DNA of 52,419 nucleotides from Gemmatimonadales bacterium. Lineage in GTDB: Bacteria; Gemmatimonadota; Gemmatimonadetes; Gemmatimonadales; GWC2-71-9. This document shows, piece by piece, positions 1 through 9,131 of this stretch. The first letter of the stretch is position 1. Every line of letters begins with the position of its first letter. The notes below the pieces were generated by a model. The model was not told where the DNA came from, did no database searches, and worked only from the letters and a program-made list of their open reading frames with translations. The stretch covers positions 1-52,419 of the forward strand of contig JBBQFH010000021.1 of the NCBI GenBank assembly GCA_038321865.1, given 5' to 3'. Both the position numbers and the translations under genes were made by a program.

Positions 1-609
1 GAGGCGCTCTTCATCCTGACGACGATTGACACCGGGACCCGGGTCGGGCGGTTCATGCTTCAGGACTCTGCCGGCCATCTCTGGGCGCCGCTGGGCCGCA
101 CGTCGTGGTACCCGGGCGCCGTGCTCGCCTCGGCGCTCATCGTCGGCGGATGGGGATACTTCCTGGTGCAGGGCGTGCTCGACCCGCTCGGCGGCATCAA
201 CTCGCTCTGGCCGCTGTTCGGCATCAGCAACCAGCTGCTGGCCGCGGTCGCCCTCTGCGTCGGCTCGACGCTCCTGATCAAGAGCGGCAAGGCGCGCTAC
301 GCCTGGGTGACGCTGCTGCCGCTCGCCTGGCTGCTCGTCGTGACGCTCACGGCCGGCTGGCAGAAGCTCTTCGCCAGCGACCCGCGGCTGGGGTTCTTCT
401 CCCACGCGACGCAGACCATCCGCCAGGTCGCGGCCGGGACGCTCGATCCCGCGAAGGGTGCCCGCATGCTGTTCAACGACCGGCTCGACGCTGCGGTCAC
501 CGCCGTCTTTCTGGCGGTCACGGTGCTCGTGGTGCTGTCGTCGGTCCGCGAGTGGATCGCCGTGCTCCGGCCCCGGCGGCCGCTGACGGAGACGGCCCTT
601 GCGAGCTGA
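1..609 (+). CDS. cstA: Carbon starvation protein A (CstA) transporter, C-terminal part (5' truncated by the window)
   Basis: Frame open from base 1 (EALFILTTIDTGTRVGRF). Contains the CstA motifs DPLGGINSLWPLFGISNQLLA and AGWQKLF..DPRLGF. Followed by a ybdD/yjiX-type gene, as is usual. Confidence 0.9.
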   Translation, partial: EALFILTTIDTGTRVGRFMLQDSAGHLWAPLGRTSWYPGAVLASALIVGGWGYFLVQGVLDPLGGINSLWPLFGISNQLLAAVALCVGSTLLIKSGKARYAWVTLLPLAWLLVVTLTAGWQKLFASDPRLGFFSHATQTIRQVAAGTLDPAKGARMLFNDRLDAAVTAVFLAVTVLVVLSSVREWIAVLRPRRPLTETALAS

Positions 610-781
610 GCTCGGCCGGCTGATCGCGGCGCTCCGGCGCGTGGCGGGAATGCCCGATTACGCCGCGTACGTGGCGCACCTCGAGCGCTGCCATCCGGAT
701 CACCCCGTGCCCACCGCGCGCGAGCATTTTGCCGAGTACGTCGCCGCCCGCTACGGCGACGGGCCCACCCGCTGCTGCTGA
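599..781 (+). CDS. YbdD/YjiX (DUF466) family small protein
   Basis: 60 aa with GMPDY..YV.H....HPD.PV.T..E.F......RY and a C-terminal RCC. Sits directly after cstA. Confidence 0.85.
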   Translation: MRAELGRLIAALRRVAGMPDYAAYVAHLERCHPDHPVPTAREHFAEYVAARYGDGPTRCC

Positions 782-1539
782 CCGTCCTGGCGCTCTGCGC
801 CTTCGCCTTTCTCGCGATGTTCGTGGACGCGATCGCCGGGGGCGGTGGCCTGATCCAGCTCCCCGCCCTGCTCATCCTGCTCCCGGACGTCCCCGTCGCC
901 ACGGTGCTCGGCACCGCCAAGATCAGCAGCGTCGCTTCGACGTCGAGCGCGCTGCTCCGCTATCACGGCAGCGTACCGTTCCGCTGGCGTGCCACCCTCT
1001 GGTCGGCCGGCGCCGCCTTCGTCTGCGCCATGCTCGGCGCGCGCGCGGTGAGTCTCCTGCCGCAGCACGCGATTCGCCCGGCCATCCTCGTGCTGCTCGT
1101 GCTGGTCGCCGCGTACACGATTGCCCGCCCGTCGTTCGGCGCCATTCACGCGCCCCGGCTCACACCGGCGCGAGAGCGCTGGGCCGCCGCGGCGATCGGC
1201 GCGGTGCTCGGCTTCTACGACGGCTTTTTCGGTCCGGGCATGGGCAGTTTCCTCATCTTCGGCTTCGTCGGCGTGCTCGGCTTCGACTTCCTCGCCGCCT
1301 CCGCTGCCGGCAAGGTCGTCAATCTCGGCTCCGGGCTCGCCGCGGCGATCTATTTCTCGGTAACCGGCCACGTCCTGTGGCAGGTGGCGCTCCCGATGGC
1401 CGCGGCGGGGGCGGTCGGCTCATTCGCCGGGGCACACACAGCGGTGCGGCGGGGCAGCGGCTTCATCCGGCCGCTGTTCCTGGTGGTGGTGGCGGCGGTG
1501 ATCGTCAAGTTCGGATGGGACACGCTGGTGGGACGGTAG
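778..1539 (+). CDS. TSUP / sulfite exporter TauE/SafE family membrane protein
   Basis: Motifs FVDAIAGGGGLIQLP and GFYDGFFGPGMGSFL; highly hydrophobic. Start placed at CTG 778, overlapping the upstream TGA, because a hydrophobic N-terminal helix precedes the first ATG (817). Confidence 0.85.
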   Translation: MTVLALCAFAFLAMFVDAIAGGGGLIQLPALLILLPDVPVATVLGTAKISSVASTSSALLRYHGSVPFRWRATLWSAGAAFVCAMLGARAVSLLPQHAIRPAILVLLVLVAAYTIARPSFGAIHAPRLTPARERWAAAAIGAVLGFYDGFFGPGMGSFLIFGFVGVLGFDFLAASAAGKVVNLGSGLAAAIYFSVTGHVLWQVALPMAAAGAVGSFAGAHTAVRRGSGFIRPLFLVVVAAVIVKFGWDTLVGR

Positions 1540-1566
1540 AAGTGTTCGCTATCGCGGAGCCGCCGC

Positions 1567-1682
1567 TAGGCGGGGAGCCCCGCGCCGGCGAGCCCGAAGG
1601 TGACGGCGGCGTTCGCCGGATCGTCGATCGCGGCGTTGGCCATGAGCGCCAGCCCCACGAGCACGAAGCCGATATGCACCAG
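1567..1682 (-). pseudogene. Diverged duplicate of the 3' end of the APC permease gene (copy of 2711-2826)
   Basis: 116-nt ungapped match to 2711-2826 with 9 mismatches. Translates LVHIGFVLVGLALMANAAIDDPANAAVTFGLAGAGLPA, then TAG where the intact gene has TAT. Confidence 0.9.
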
Positions 1683-1766
1683 GCGTCCACTCAGCAAGCG
1701 AGGGGATCAGCGCCATGCGGTGCCCTCCATCGAACTACCGCCGTTGCTACTCCTGGCTGCGGATCA

Positions 1767-2588
1767 TCACTCCGCCGCTCGCTGTCCGCAGTCATCAGCC
1801 GCGACGCCGTCGCTCGATGCCGAGTGCGCGGCCTCCTGGAGTTGCCGCACCGCGCTGAGGGGCTCACTGAGGGCGACCCCGTCCACGACCGCGCGAGCCG
1901 ATAACGCTCGTGCATCGTGACCCGTCAGTGTCTCGAGGATGGTAATCGCGGCGAGATACGTTCCGGTCGGAGTCGGATGCTCCCCGTCCGGGGCGTATAA
2001 CAGCAGCTCAGGGTGTTGCCGCAACGTGCGTTCCCATGCGACGCCGGCCGGTAGCAACACGGCATTTACCGCCGCGGCCGCCGCCGCCGAGGCGCTGTCG
2101 GTGGCGCAGAAATCGCCGCGGCGGTCCGCCGATGGCCACGTCATGTAGAGCGCGGTGCGCGCACCGGCCGCCCGCACGAGCACGTCGAACTGCCGTACGG
2201 CGTCCACCAAAACGGCACGACTCGCGGAGTCACTGCTCGCATCTGACTGGAGCACCACATAATCCCACCCGCCGCGTTGAATCGCCGCCTCAGCCGCGCT
2301 GCCCGCCCCCAGGTGGCCCGTGAGGGTGGCCCTCGGGCCTGCCACCATTTCAGTGCGAATCCGGTCGCCGTTCCCGGCGGCGATACCTGCCAGTGTTGCG
2401 GGCAGGTCGTTCACGTAGGTCAGGCTATTGCCGATGAAGAGTACGGTGAGATTCACCGATGATGCCGCAGGCGGTGGGACGGAATCGACGATCGGACCTT
2501 CGATCGTGGCATCGCCGCGGTTCGCACAGGCGACAAGCGCGACGGTATTGATCACACCAATCGCCCATCGCAGGTCTTGCGTGATCAT
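1767..2588 (-). CDS. SGNH/GDSL-like hydrolase, probably exported or a lipoprotein
   Basis: Block I VLFIGNSLT, WDYVVLQ, LYMTW and C-terminal DGEHP (DxxH). The N-terminus has a lipobox-like ALVAC. Confidence 0.75.
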   Translation of the reverse strand: MITQDLRWAIGVINTVALVACANRGDATIEGPIVDSVPPPAASSVNLTVLFIGNSLTYVNDLPATLAGIAAGNGDRIRTEMVAGPRATLTGHLGAGSAAEAAIQRGGWDYVVLQSDASSDSASRAVLVDAVRQFDVLVRAAGARTALYMTWPSADRRGDFCATDSASAAAAAAVNAVLLPAGVAWERTLRQHPELLLYAPDGEHPTPTGTYLAAITILETLTGHDARALSARAVVDGVALSEPLSAVRQLQEAAHSASSDGVAADDCGQRAAE

Positions 2589-2658
2589 TGCAGTCTCCTG
2601 CCGTGCGAGATCTTGCTCACTGCCTTTAACACACCGGCGGCGCGATTGACCCGCCCGG

Positions 2659-4056
2659 CTACGCCGGGGCCGCTTCCCGTCGGCGGCGCTGCCACCACTG
2701 CCAGAGCGGATAGGCGGGCAGCCCCACCCCCGCGAGCCCGAAGGTGACGGCGGCGTTCACCGGATCGTCGATTGCCGCGTTGGCCATGAGCGCCAACCCC
2801 ACGAGCACGAAGCCGATCTGCACCAGCGGATAGCCGAATGCCTGGTATGGGCGCGTCAGCCCGGGGCGGGTGCGCCTGAGAATCAGCACGGCGAGGACGC
2901 ACAGGACGTAGAACGGCCAGAGGCCGAGCAGCATTCGGTTGGCCAGCCGCTGGAAGCTGCCGCCGAGCAGAAACACGATGGACATGCCGCCGACGATCCA
3001 GATGGCGACCGACGGGGTCCCGAACCGCGGGGAGATGCGCGCAGCGGCCTTGGGAAAGAGCCCGCGGTCCGCCATCGCGAACTGGGTCCTGGGATACGCC
3101 ACGGCGCACGCCAGCATGACCCCGAACGCCGAGGTTGCCACCAAGGCCGAGACGAGTCCGCCGCCGAAGCGGCCGATGTTCGGCAGCCTCCCTACCGCGT
3201 CCGCCGCGACCAGCGATGACCCCGCCAGCACGTCCACCGGCAGCACGAAGAGGTAAGCGACGTTGACCGCCAGGTAGATCAGCGTCACCAGGGCAACGGC
3301 GAACAGCATCGAGCGGGCGACGTTGCGCGCCGGATCGCGGATCTCGCCGGCGATTCGGGCGCCGTCGCCCCAGCCATCGAAGGTGAACATGACAGCGAAC
3401 AGCGCGGTCAGCATCCCGCGAACGAGCGGCCCGCCCGACGGGGGCACCGCCGCGCCGGCCGCGAAGTGCACCCCATGCCCGCGGCCGAGCCCGAAGACCA
3501 GCGTCGCCAGCAGCAGCAGTCCTAGATACTTGGCCACGGTGGCCACGGTGGTGACCGCGGCGGCAACGCCGGTGCCGACCCACGCGAGCGTGGTGACCAG
3601 CAAAAGCACTCCAGCTGCCACCCAGGTGTGACCCGCCGGGCCTAGCGGCACGAACCACCCCGCATACTGGGCGAAGATGATGCTGCAGGCACCCAGTGTC
3701 GCGGGGGCGATCACGAACAGCTCGGCCCACCCGTAGGCAAAGGCGGGCGCGGGACCGTACGCTTCGGCGAGATAGTTGAAGTAGCCGCCCGAGCGCGGCA
3801 GCGCGGCGGCAAGCTCCGCCAGGCTCAGCGCGCCGGCCACCGCGATCACACCGCCGAGCCCCCACGCCAGCAGGACCAGCGACGGTGAACGAAGCGCGGC
3901 GGCGACTCCGGCCGGCGACGCGAAGATGCCGGTGCCGATCGTGAGGCTGACGATGAGCGAGGTGGCGGCGAGCACGCCGAAGCGTCGCTGCAGCCGCTCA
4001 CCCCACTGGTCGCGCTCGCCGGCTGGATCCATCAGGGTGTCTGACCTGCCGCGCAC
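2659..4056 (-). CDS. APC family amino acid permease
   Basis: IGTGIF..P, AEL.A.LP.SGG, FDGW....IAGEI.DP..N and RPY.A.GYP motifs; many TM segments. The start may be ATG 4032. Confidence 0.9.
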   Translation of the reverse strand: MRGRSDTLMDPAGERDQWGERLQRRFGVLAATSLIVSLTIGTGIFASPAGVAAALRSPSLVLLAWGLGGVIAVAGALSLAELAAALPRSGGYFNYLAEAYGPAPAFAYGWAELFVIAPATLGACSIIFAQYAGWFVPLGPAGHTWVAAGVLLLVTTLAWVGTGVAAAVTTVATVAKYLGLLLLATLVFGLGRGHGVHFAAGAAVPPSGGPLVRGMLTALFAVMFTFDGWGDGARIAGEIRDPARNVARSMLFAVALVTLIYLAVNVAYLFVLPVDVLAGSSLVAADAVGRLPNIGRFGGGLVSALVATSAFGVMLACAVAYPRTQFAMADRGLFPKAAARISPRFGTPSVAIWIVGGMSIVFLLGGSFQRLANRMLLGLWPFYVLCVLAVLILRRTRPGLTRPYQAFGYPLVQIGFVLVGLALMANAAIDDPVNAAVTFGLAGVGLPAYPLWQWWQRRRREAAPA

Positions 4057-4060
4057 CCGG

Positions 4061-6445
4061 TCACGGTTTCGCCGCCGGGTTCCCCTGCGGCGGGAAGCCG
4101 AGGCGCGGAATGAGCGCGAGGAATCGCGGGCTCGCGCGCAGCTTCGGGCCGAGGAAAATGTACATGTTCATCGAGCTGCCGCCGCCGTTGTGACCGGCCG
4201 CAACCACTCGCTCGAGCATCGACAGGGTCGCGTCGTCTCCGCGCAGCCACCGGAAGAAGGCCACCGCAGGCACCGGATTCTCTACGCGCGCCATGGCGTC
4301 GAGCGCGGCTGCACGGGTGGCAGGATTTCGCAGCTGGCCGAATATCCTGGTGGATGTCGTGTCGAGATTCGGCCACGCGCGAGACTTCTCGAAGGCGGCG
4401 AGCGCCTGATCCAGGTGGCCCAGCGCCAGTTCATGCCCCACCATCGCGGCCCAGGCGTAGTACGCCTCGGGCGACTGGCTGAGGCCCTGCGCGTACAGTG
4501 GTGTCGCATCGGCCGTGCGATCCGCCCCGTCGTAGAACGCGGCCAGCGACAGCGTGATCACATGGGAGAGCGGATCGAGCCGATGGGCGACTTCCATCTC
4601 GTGAATCGCCTCGTCCCACTGGTTGTAGCCCGCGAGGTAATAGGCGTACCACTGGTGGCCGGTGGCATAGCTCGGTGCGAGCGTGATCGCCTGCTGGTAG
4701 GCGTCGCGTGCCTCGTCTCGCCGGCCGCGGTACTCCACGATTTCGCCCAGTGAGGCGTAGGCCTCGCCGAGCCGCGGGGAGAGCGCAATCGCCCGGCGCG
4801 CCGCCGCTTCGGCGATCGGCAGGATCGAATCTCGCTTCATGCCGGGGACGTCGTACTCCTCCGGAATGGACAGGACGTAGGTGTCGGCGAGTCCGGCCCA
4901 CGCCTGGGCGTAGTTCGAATCGAGGGCCAGTGCCTTGCTGAAGGCCGTGGCGGCTTCGATCATCCCTTGAGTGGTGCGCCGGTTCCAGTGGTAGCGACCC
5001 AGCAGATAGGCGTCGTAGGCGGCTGGATCGCGGGTACCGCCGAGTGTCTTTCCGGAGTCCGGCCTGGTCACCAGCCGGAGCTGGAGCGCGTTCACCACCG
5101 CCCTGGCCACTTCATCCTGCACCGCGAAGATGTCGTCGGCGCCGCGATCGAAGTTCTCCGACCAGAGATGCAGGCCGTCGCCCGTCTTGATGAGTTGCGC
5201 CGTCACCCTCAGTCGGTCACCCGAGCGCTGCACGCTGCCCTCGAGCACGGTGGCGACTCCAAGCTGCCGACCGATCTCGCGGACGTCCTCGCGCTTGTCC
5301 CGGAACGAAAAGGCGGAGGTGCGGGCGGCGACGCTGAGGCCTGGCACATTGGCCAATGCATTGATCAGCGTCTCGGAGATGCCATCGCCCAGATAGGCAT
5401 TGGACCGATCGGCACTCAGGTCGACGAACGGGAGGACCGCCACCGAGGAGGCACCGGAAGGTCTGCCCGCGTTGCCACGACCGCGGACAAGCAGCCCGGC
5501 GACCAGGGCGACGGCTCCGAGTGCGGCGACTCCGATCCAGCGCCACTTCCCGGCGCCGGTCGAGGTGGCGATCGCCGGCATCGACCGACCGGCCGCCAGT
5601 CCGCCGCCCGGCCGCAGCACATCGGCGAACTGTGCGACAGGATTGAAGCGGTCGGCCGGATTTTTGGCGAGCGACCGGGCCAGTGCCCCCGCCACTTCGG
5701 GGGACACCGTCGGCCGCAGGTTGGTGATCGGTGCCGCCTCGGTGAGCATGTGCTGGCGCGTCACGATTTCTGCGGTCGGCCCCGTAAAGGGGGGCTGGCC
5801 GCCCAGCATCTCGTACAGCACGCAGCCGAGACTGTAGAGATCGCTCCGTCCATCGAGATCGGGATCGGCCGCGGCCTGCTCCGGACTCATGTAAAGCGGC
5901 GTGCCGATCGACAGCCCGGTCTCCGTCAGGCGCGCGGCGCCGGCGTTCAACGCCCGCGCGATACCGAAGTCCGCGACTACGGCATGGCCATCCTCGAGGA
6001 GGATGTTTTCCGGCTTGATGTCGCGGTGGGTCACGCCGCGCTGGTGCGCGTACCCGAGCGCGTCGGCGACCTCGCGGGCAATCGTCAACGCTTCGTCGAT
6101 GGGAAGTTGCTTCTGGCGCGTGAGTCGGTCGCGAAGGGATTCGCCCTCGACCAGCGGCATCACGTAGTAGAGAAAACCGGCCGCCTCCCCCGAGTCGTAT
6201 AACGGGAGAATGTGGGGATGCCGGAGGTTGGCCGTCGTCGCGATCTCGCGCAGGAAGCGCTCGGCCCCCAGCGCCATCGCGAGCTCGGGGCGCAGGACCT
6301 TGACCGCGACCTTGCGCCCGTGCTTGAGATCCTCGGCGAGGTAGACCGTGGCCATGCCGCCCGCACCCAGTTCGCGCTCGATGCGGTAACGGTCGGCGAG
6401 GGCGGCGGAGAGGCGGTTGTCAGGGGCGTTCGCGTGGGAATCCAC
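4061..6445 (-). CDS. Ser/Thr protein kinase with TM helix, TolB-like domain and TPR repeats
   Basis: GAGGMATVY, HRDIKPEN, DFG, GTPLYMSPEQ; then SVAVLPF...LEGSVQR (TolB-like) and AYDAYLLGRY TPRs. Confidence 0.92.
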   Translation of the reverse strand: MDSHANAPDNRLSAALADRYRIERELGAGGMATVYLAEDLKHGRKVAVKVLRPELAMALGAERFLREIATTANLRHPHILPLYDSGEAAGFLYYVMPLVEGESLRDRLTRQKQLPIDEALTIAREVADALGYAHQRGVTHRDIKPENILLEDGHAVVADFGIARALNAGAARLTETGLSIGTPLYMSPEQAAADPDLDGRSDLYSLGCVLYEMLGGQPPFTGPTAEIVTRQHMLTEAAPITNLRPTVSPEVAGALARSLAKNPADRFNPVAQFADVLRPGGGLAAGRSMPAIATSTGAGKWRWIGVAALGAVALVAGLLVRGRGNAGRPSGASSVAVLPFVDLSADRSNAYLGDGISETLINALANVPGLSVAARTSAFSFRDKREDVREIGRQLGVATVLEGSVQRSGDRLRVTAQLIKTGDGLHLWSENFDRGADDIFAVQDEVARAVVNALQLRLVTRPDSGKTLGGTRDPAAYDAYLLGRYHWNRRTTQGMIEAATAFSKALALDSNYAQAWAGLADTYVLSIPEEYDVPGMKRDSILPIAEAAARRAIALSPRLGEAYASLGEIVEYRGRRDEARDAYQQAITLAPSYATGHQWYAYYLAGYNQWDEAIHEMEVAHRLDPLSHVITLSLAAFYDGADRTADATPLYAQGLSQSPEAYYAWAAMVGHELALGHLDQALAAFEKSRAWPNLDTTSTRIFGQLRNPATRAAALDAMARVENPVPAVAFFRWLRGDDATLSMLERVVAAGHNGGGSSMNMYIFLGPKLRASPRFLALIPRLGFPPQGNPAAKP

Positions 6446-6512
6446 GGGATGAGTTTACCCTGAGCGGCCGCGAATCGTTAGGGAGCCGCGGAGGGCAAGA
6501 AAACCGCACTGA

Positions 6513-6920
6513 TCAGGGTGTCTTGCTGCCCTTGATGTCGCCACCCTCGAGCCCCCTGGTCCAGCTGCCCATGATGTCGTCACCGTGGCGCTGCAGGGTG
6601 AGCTTCATGGATCCGTTGGGTGTTTCGGTCACCAGCACAAGGTTGGGCTCGCTCACCGAGACGGTCATCTGGTGGGTCTCACCCTCGGACTCGACCGTGG
6701 CCCTGGTGGCTCCGAGGGAGTCGGTGGCCATCTTGAGCGTCGCGGCGTGCGGCATGCCGCCGACATCCGCAACGAGCGCGTACGTGCCGGTAGGCTTGGC
6801 ACCCCAGGGCGTGACGGGGGCGGGTGCAGCGGCGGGCGCGGCGGTTCCGTTCTGCGCGGCGACCGGCCGCGATGCCAGGCAAAGGCCAAGAAACAAGGCT
6901 GCCGAAATAGGGACGCGCAT
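6513..6920 (-). CDS. Hypothetical exported protein
   Basis: Signal peptide (..PVAAQ), Pro/Ala linker, beta-rich domain. GGAG upstream of the start; GC-rich third codon positions. Confidence 0.65.
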   Translation of the reverse strand: MRVPISAALFLGLCLASRPVAAQNGTAAPAAAPAPVTPWGAKPTGTYALVADVGGMPHAATLKMATDSLGATRATVESEGETHQMTVSVSEPNLVLVTETPNGSMKLTLQRHGDDIMGSWTRGLEGGDIKGSKTP

Positions 6921-7005
6921 CGTGTGCTCCGGGAGTAGGGAATACGGGCGGCTTGCCGAGCTCCCCTACGCAGCGTATTGAGACAGGTTTCAGGTCGAAA
7001 CGAGG

Positions 7006-8187
7006 CTATTCGACCGCCGGCCCCCGGCTCGGCGCAACGACCAGCCAACCTGCACCGGCCACAAGCACCGCGCCGGCCGATACGGCAAAGGCCGCGGGCC
7101 CACCCAGCCGCTGATAAAGGGCGCCGAACAGCACGCCGGCAGGCAACGCGGCAAACCCTGTGAGCGCATGATAGGCCCCGAATCCGCGGCCCGTTCTGAC
7201 CGGTGCCAGCCGGGTGACCATCACCCGCTCCGCCGATTCGGTGAGTCCTGCCACCAGCCCGAACGCCAGGAAGACGCTGACCGCCGCACCCGCCGTCAGG
7301 TCGAGACCGAGGGCCCCGACCACGGCGGCGAACACCGCCGCACCGGCCGCCACAGTCCAGCGCGGCCCCAGCCGATCGGTCAGCCGTCCGCCGGGATAGG
7401 AGCCACCGCTACGCACGACGTGCAGCGCCGCCCAGACGAGCGGAATGCTCACGACTGGAACGCCGAGGTCCTGGAGCCGGAGCAGCATGAGCGCCTCCGG
7501 CACTCGCGCGAGCACCAGTGCCGCGAGCGCGATCACCGGCGCCCAGAAGATGCGGCCCGCCGCGTCCTCGGATGCCGTGGGAGGCGGCTCGGCTGGGGCG
7601 CCGCGCCGCCTCCGCAGCACCACGGTAAGCGCGACAAACGCCACGATGCCCGGAACGATGCTCCACTGAATGACGGCCCGCACGTCGGCGCCCCGGCGAA
7701 GGAGATACCAGGCCGCGAGCGAGCCGACGACGGCACCGAAATGATCGGCGGCCCGGTGAAAACCGAACGCGCGCCCGCGGAGCGGCGGCGGCGTCACCTC
7801 GGCGATCAGCGCATCGCGCGGGGGCGTGCGAATCCCCTTGCCCACCCGGTCCACCACCCGAAACCCGACCACCTGCCACGCCGCCGATGCGACCGAGATC
7901 AGCGGACGGACGAGAACCGCCGTCGCGTAGCCGACGAGGATGAGCGGACGCCGCCACCCCGGACGATCAGCCAACCGGCCGCTGATCCACTTGAGCGCGG
8001 CCGAGGTGAGATCCGCAGCACCGTCGAGCGCGCCGACGAGGGTGGCGCTTCCGCCCAGGGTGTGCGAGATGAACGCCGGAAGGAGCGGGTACACCATCTC
8101 GCTGGCGAAGTCGTTGAACAGCGAGACGACGGAGAGACCCTTGACTGTCGCGGGAACGCCGGGCTCTGGTGGGATCGATGTGGTCAT
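7006..8187 (-). CDS. MFS transporter
   Basis: SLFNDFASEMVYPLLP, GRLADR, DRVGKGIRT.PRDALIA and GRAFGFHRAAD. ATG 8187 is preceded by GGAG. Confidence 0.9.
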   Translation of the reverse strand: MTTSIPPEPGVPATVKGLSVVSLFNDFASEMVYPLLPAFISHTLGGSATLVGALDGAADLTSAALKWISGRLADRPGWRRPLILVGYATAVLVRPLISVASAAWQVVGFRVVDRVGKGIRTPPRDALIAEVTPPPLRGRAFGFHRAADHFGAVVGSLAAWYLLRRGADVRAVIQWSIVPGIVAFVALTVVLRRRRGAPAEPPPTASEDAAGRIFWAPVIALAALVLARVPEALMLLRLQDLGVPVVSIPLVWAALHVVRSGGSYPGGRLTDRLGPRWTVAAGAAVFAAVVGALGLDLTAGAAVSVFLAFGLVAGLTESAERVMVTRLAPVRTGRGFGAYHALTGFAALPAGVLFGALYQRLGGPAAFAVSAGAVLVAGAGWLVVAPSRGPAVE

Positions 8188-8266
8188 GGTGGATCTCCGG
8201 CGGGATGGACGCTCGGCAACTGCCACGGTATATAGCAGAATCACCTCATGACGAAAGAGGCACTAA

Positions 8267-8752
8267 ATGCAGCCATACCCGTCGGTCACCGCGTCGGCCG
8301 TCCTCCTGCTCGGACTCGGCGGACTGGCGCAGCCCCAGCTTCGCGCGCGCGAGCCAGCCAGTCCCTGCAACCTCATGACTCGACAGGAGGCGGCCACGGC
8401 CCTGGGGGCCTCCGTGCCGGCCGGCCGGGGAAATGTCATGACCATGCCGCTGCTGGGGCGGCAGGTTCAGGGCGAGCACTGCGCCTACGGGACCGAGGTC
8501 AGCTACTTCCGTTACGCCCTCGGCGCAGACGCGGCCCGGCTGTTCGCGCAGTATCGCCAGTCGCTCACTGGTGATGAGGGCTATCAGAGCCTGTCCGGAA
8601 TCGGCGACGAGGCCTTTCACGCCAAGGGCCAGATCGCATTCCGGAAGGGCCAGGCCGCACTGATTGTGGACGTCGGCCAGAACCGCGGCGGCGGGGCTCG
8701 TGAGCTCGCGGCCGAGAAGCGGCTTGCCATGCTCATGGCCGGCCGGCTCTGA
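8267..8752 (+). CDS. Hypothetical exported protein (DUF3558-like pattern)
   Basis: Signal peptide; PC.LMT..EA..ALG, C.Y and GIGDEAF pattern. Family assignment is from recall only. Confidence 0.55.
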   Translation: MQPYPSVTASAVLLLGLGGLAQPQLRAREPASPCNLMTRQEAATALGASVPAGRGNVMTMPLLGRQVQGEHCAYGTEVSYFRYALGADAARLFAQYRQSLTGDEGYQSLSGIGDEAFHAKGQIAFRKGQAALIVDVGQNRGGGARELAAEKRLAMLMAGRL

Positions 8753-8777
8753 TCACCCTCACGATACGGAAACCAGC

Positions 8778-9131
8778 ATGGGCATCGAGACCATCATCCC
8801 CATCAGTCTGTTCGTCAGCGTCGTCGTGGCCACGCTCGGCCTTGCGCGCGTCATCTCGGATGGCCGGACACGCCGGCGATTGATCGAGGCCGGCGTGACC
8901 GCCGAAGTCGTCCGCGCGGTCACCCCCGAGGTCCGCGACGACCTCGGCATCTACGGCGCCCTCAAGTGGGGAATCGTGGCGGTGTCGGCGGGGCTCGCAC
9001 TGGTGCTCATCCAGTTCCTGCCCTACCGCAATGACTCGCCGATTCTGCCGGGGCTCGTGCTGGTCTTTGTGGGCGGAGGGCTGCTCATCTACTGGGTGGT
9101 CGCGGGGCGGCTGGGTCGGCCAAAGGCGTAA
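8778..9131 (+). CDS. Small membrane protein (DUF6249-like)
   Basis: Three TM segments, with R..LIEAG and LKWGIV....GL patterns. Confidence 0.6.
   Translation: MGIETIIPISLFVSVVVATLGLARVISDGRTRRRLIEAGVTAEVVRAVTPEVRDDLGIYGALKWGIVAVSAGLALVLIQFLPYRNDSPILPGLVLVFVGGGLLIYWVVAGRLGRPKA

Noticed and set aside
770..790. Selenocysteine readthrough at the ybdD TGA (some DUF466 proteins end in Cys-Sec)
   Set aside because: The protein already ends Cys-Cys before the TGA, which is the cysteine form. Readthrough gives no meaningful extension, and I see no clear SECIS.
607..817. cstA and the TSUP gene share a frame separated by a single TGA, suggesting a readthrough fusion
   Set aside because: The intervening frame is the out-of-frame shadow of ybdD. 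Open shadow frames are common at this GC content.
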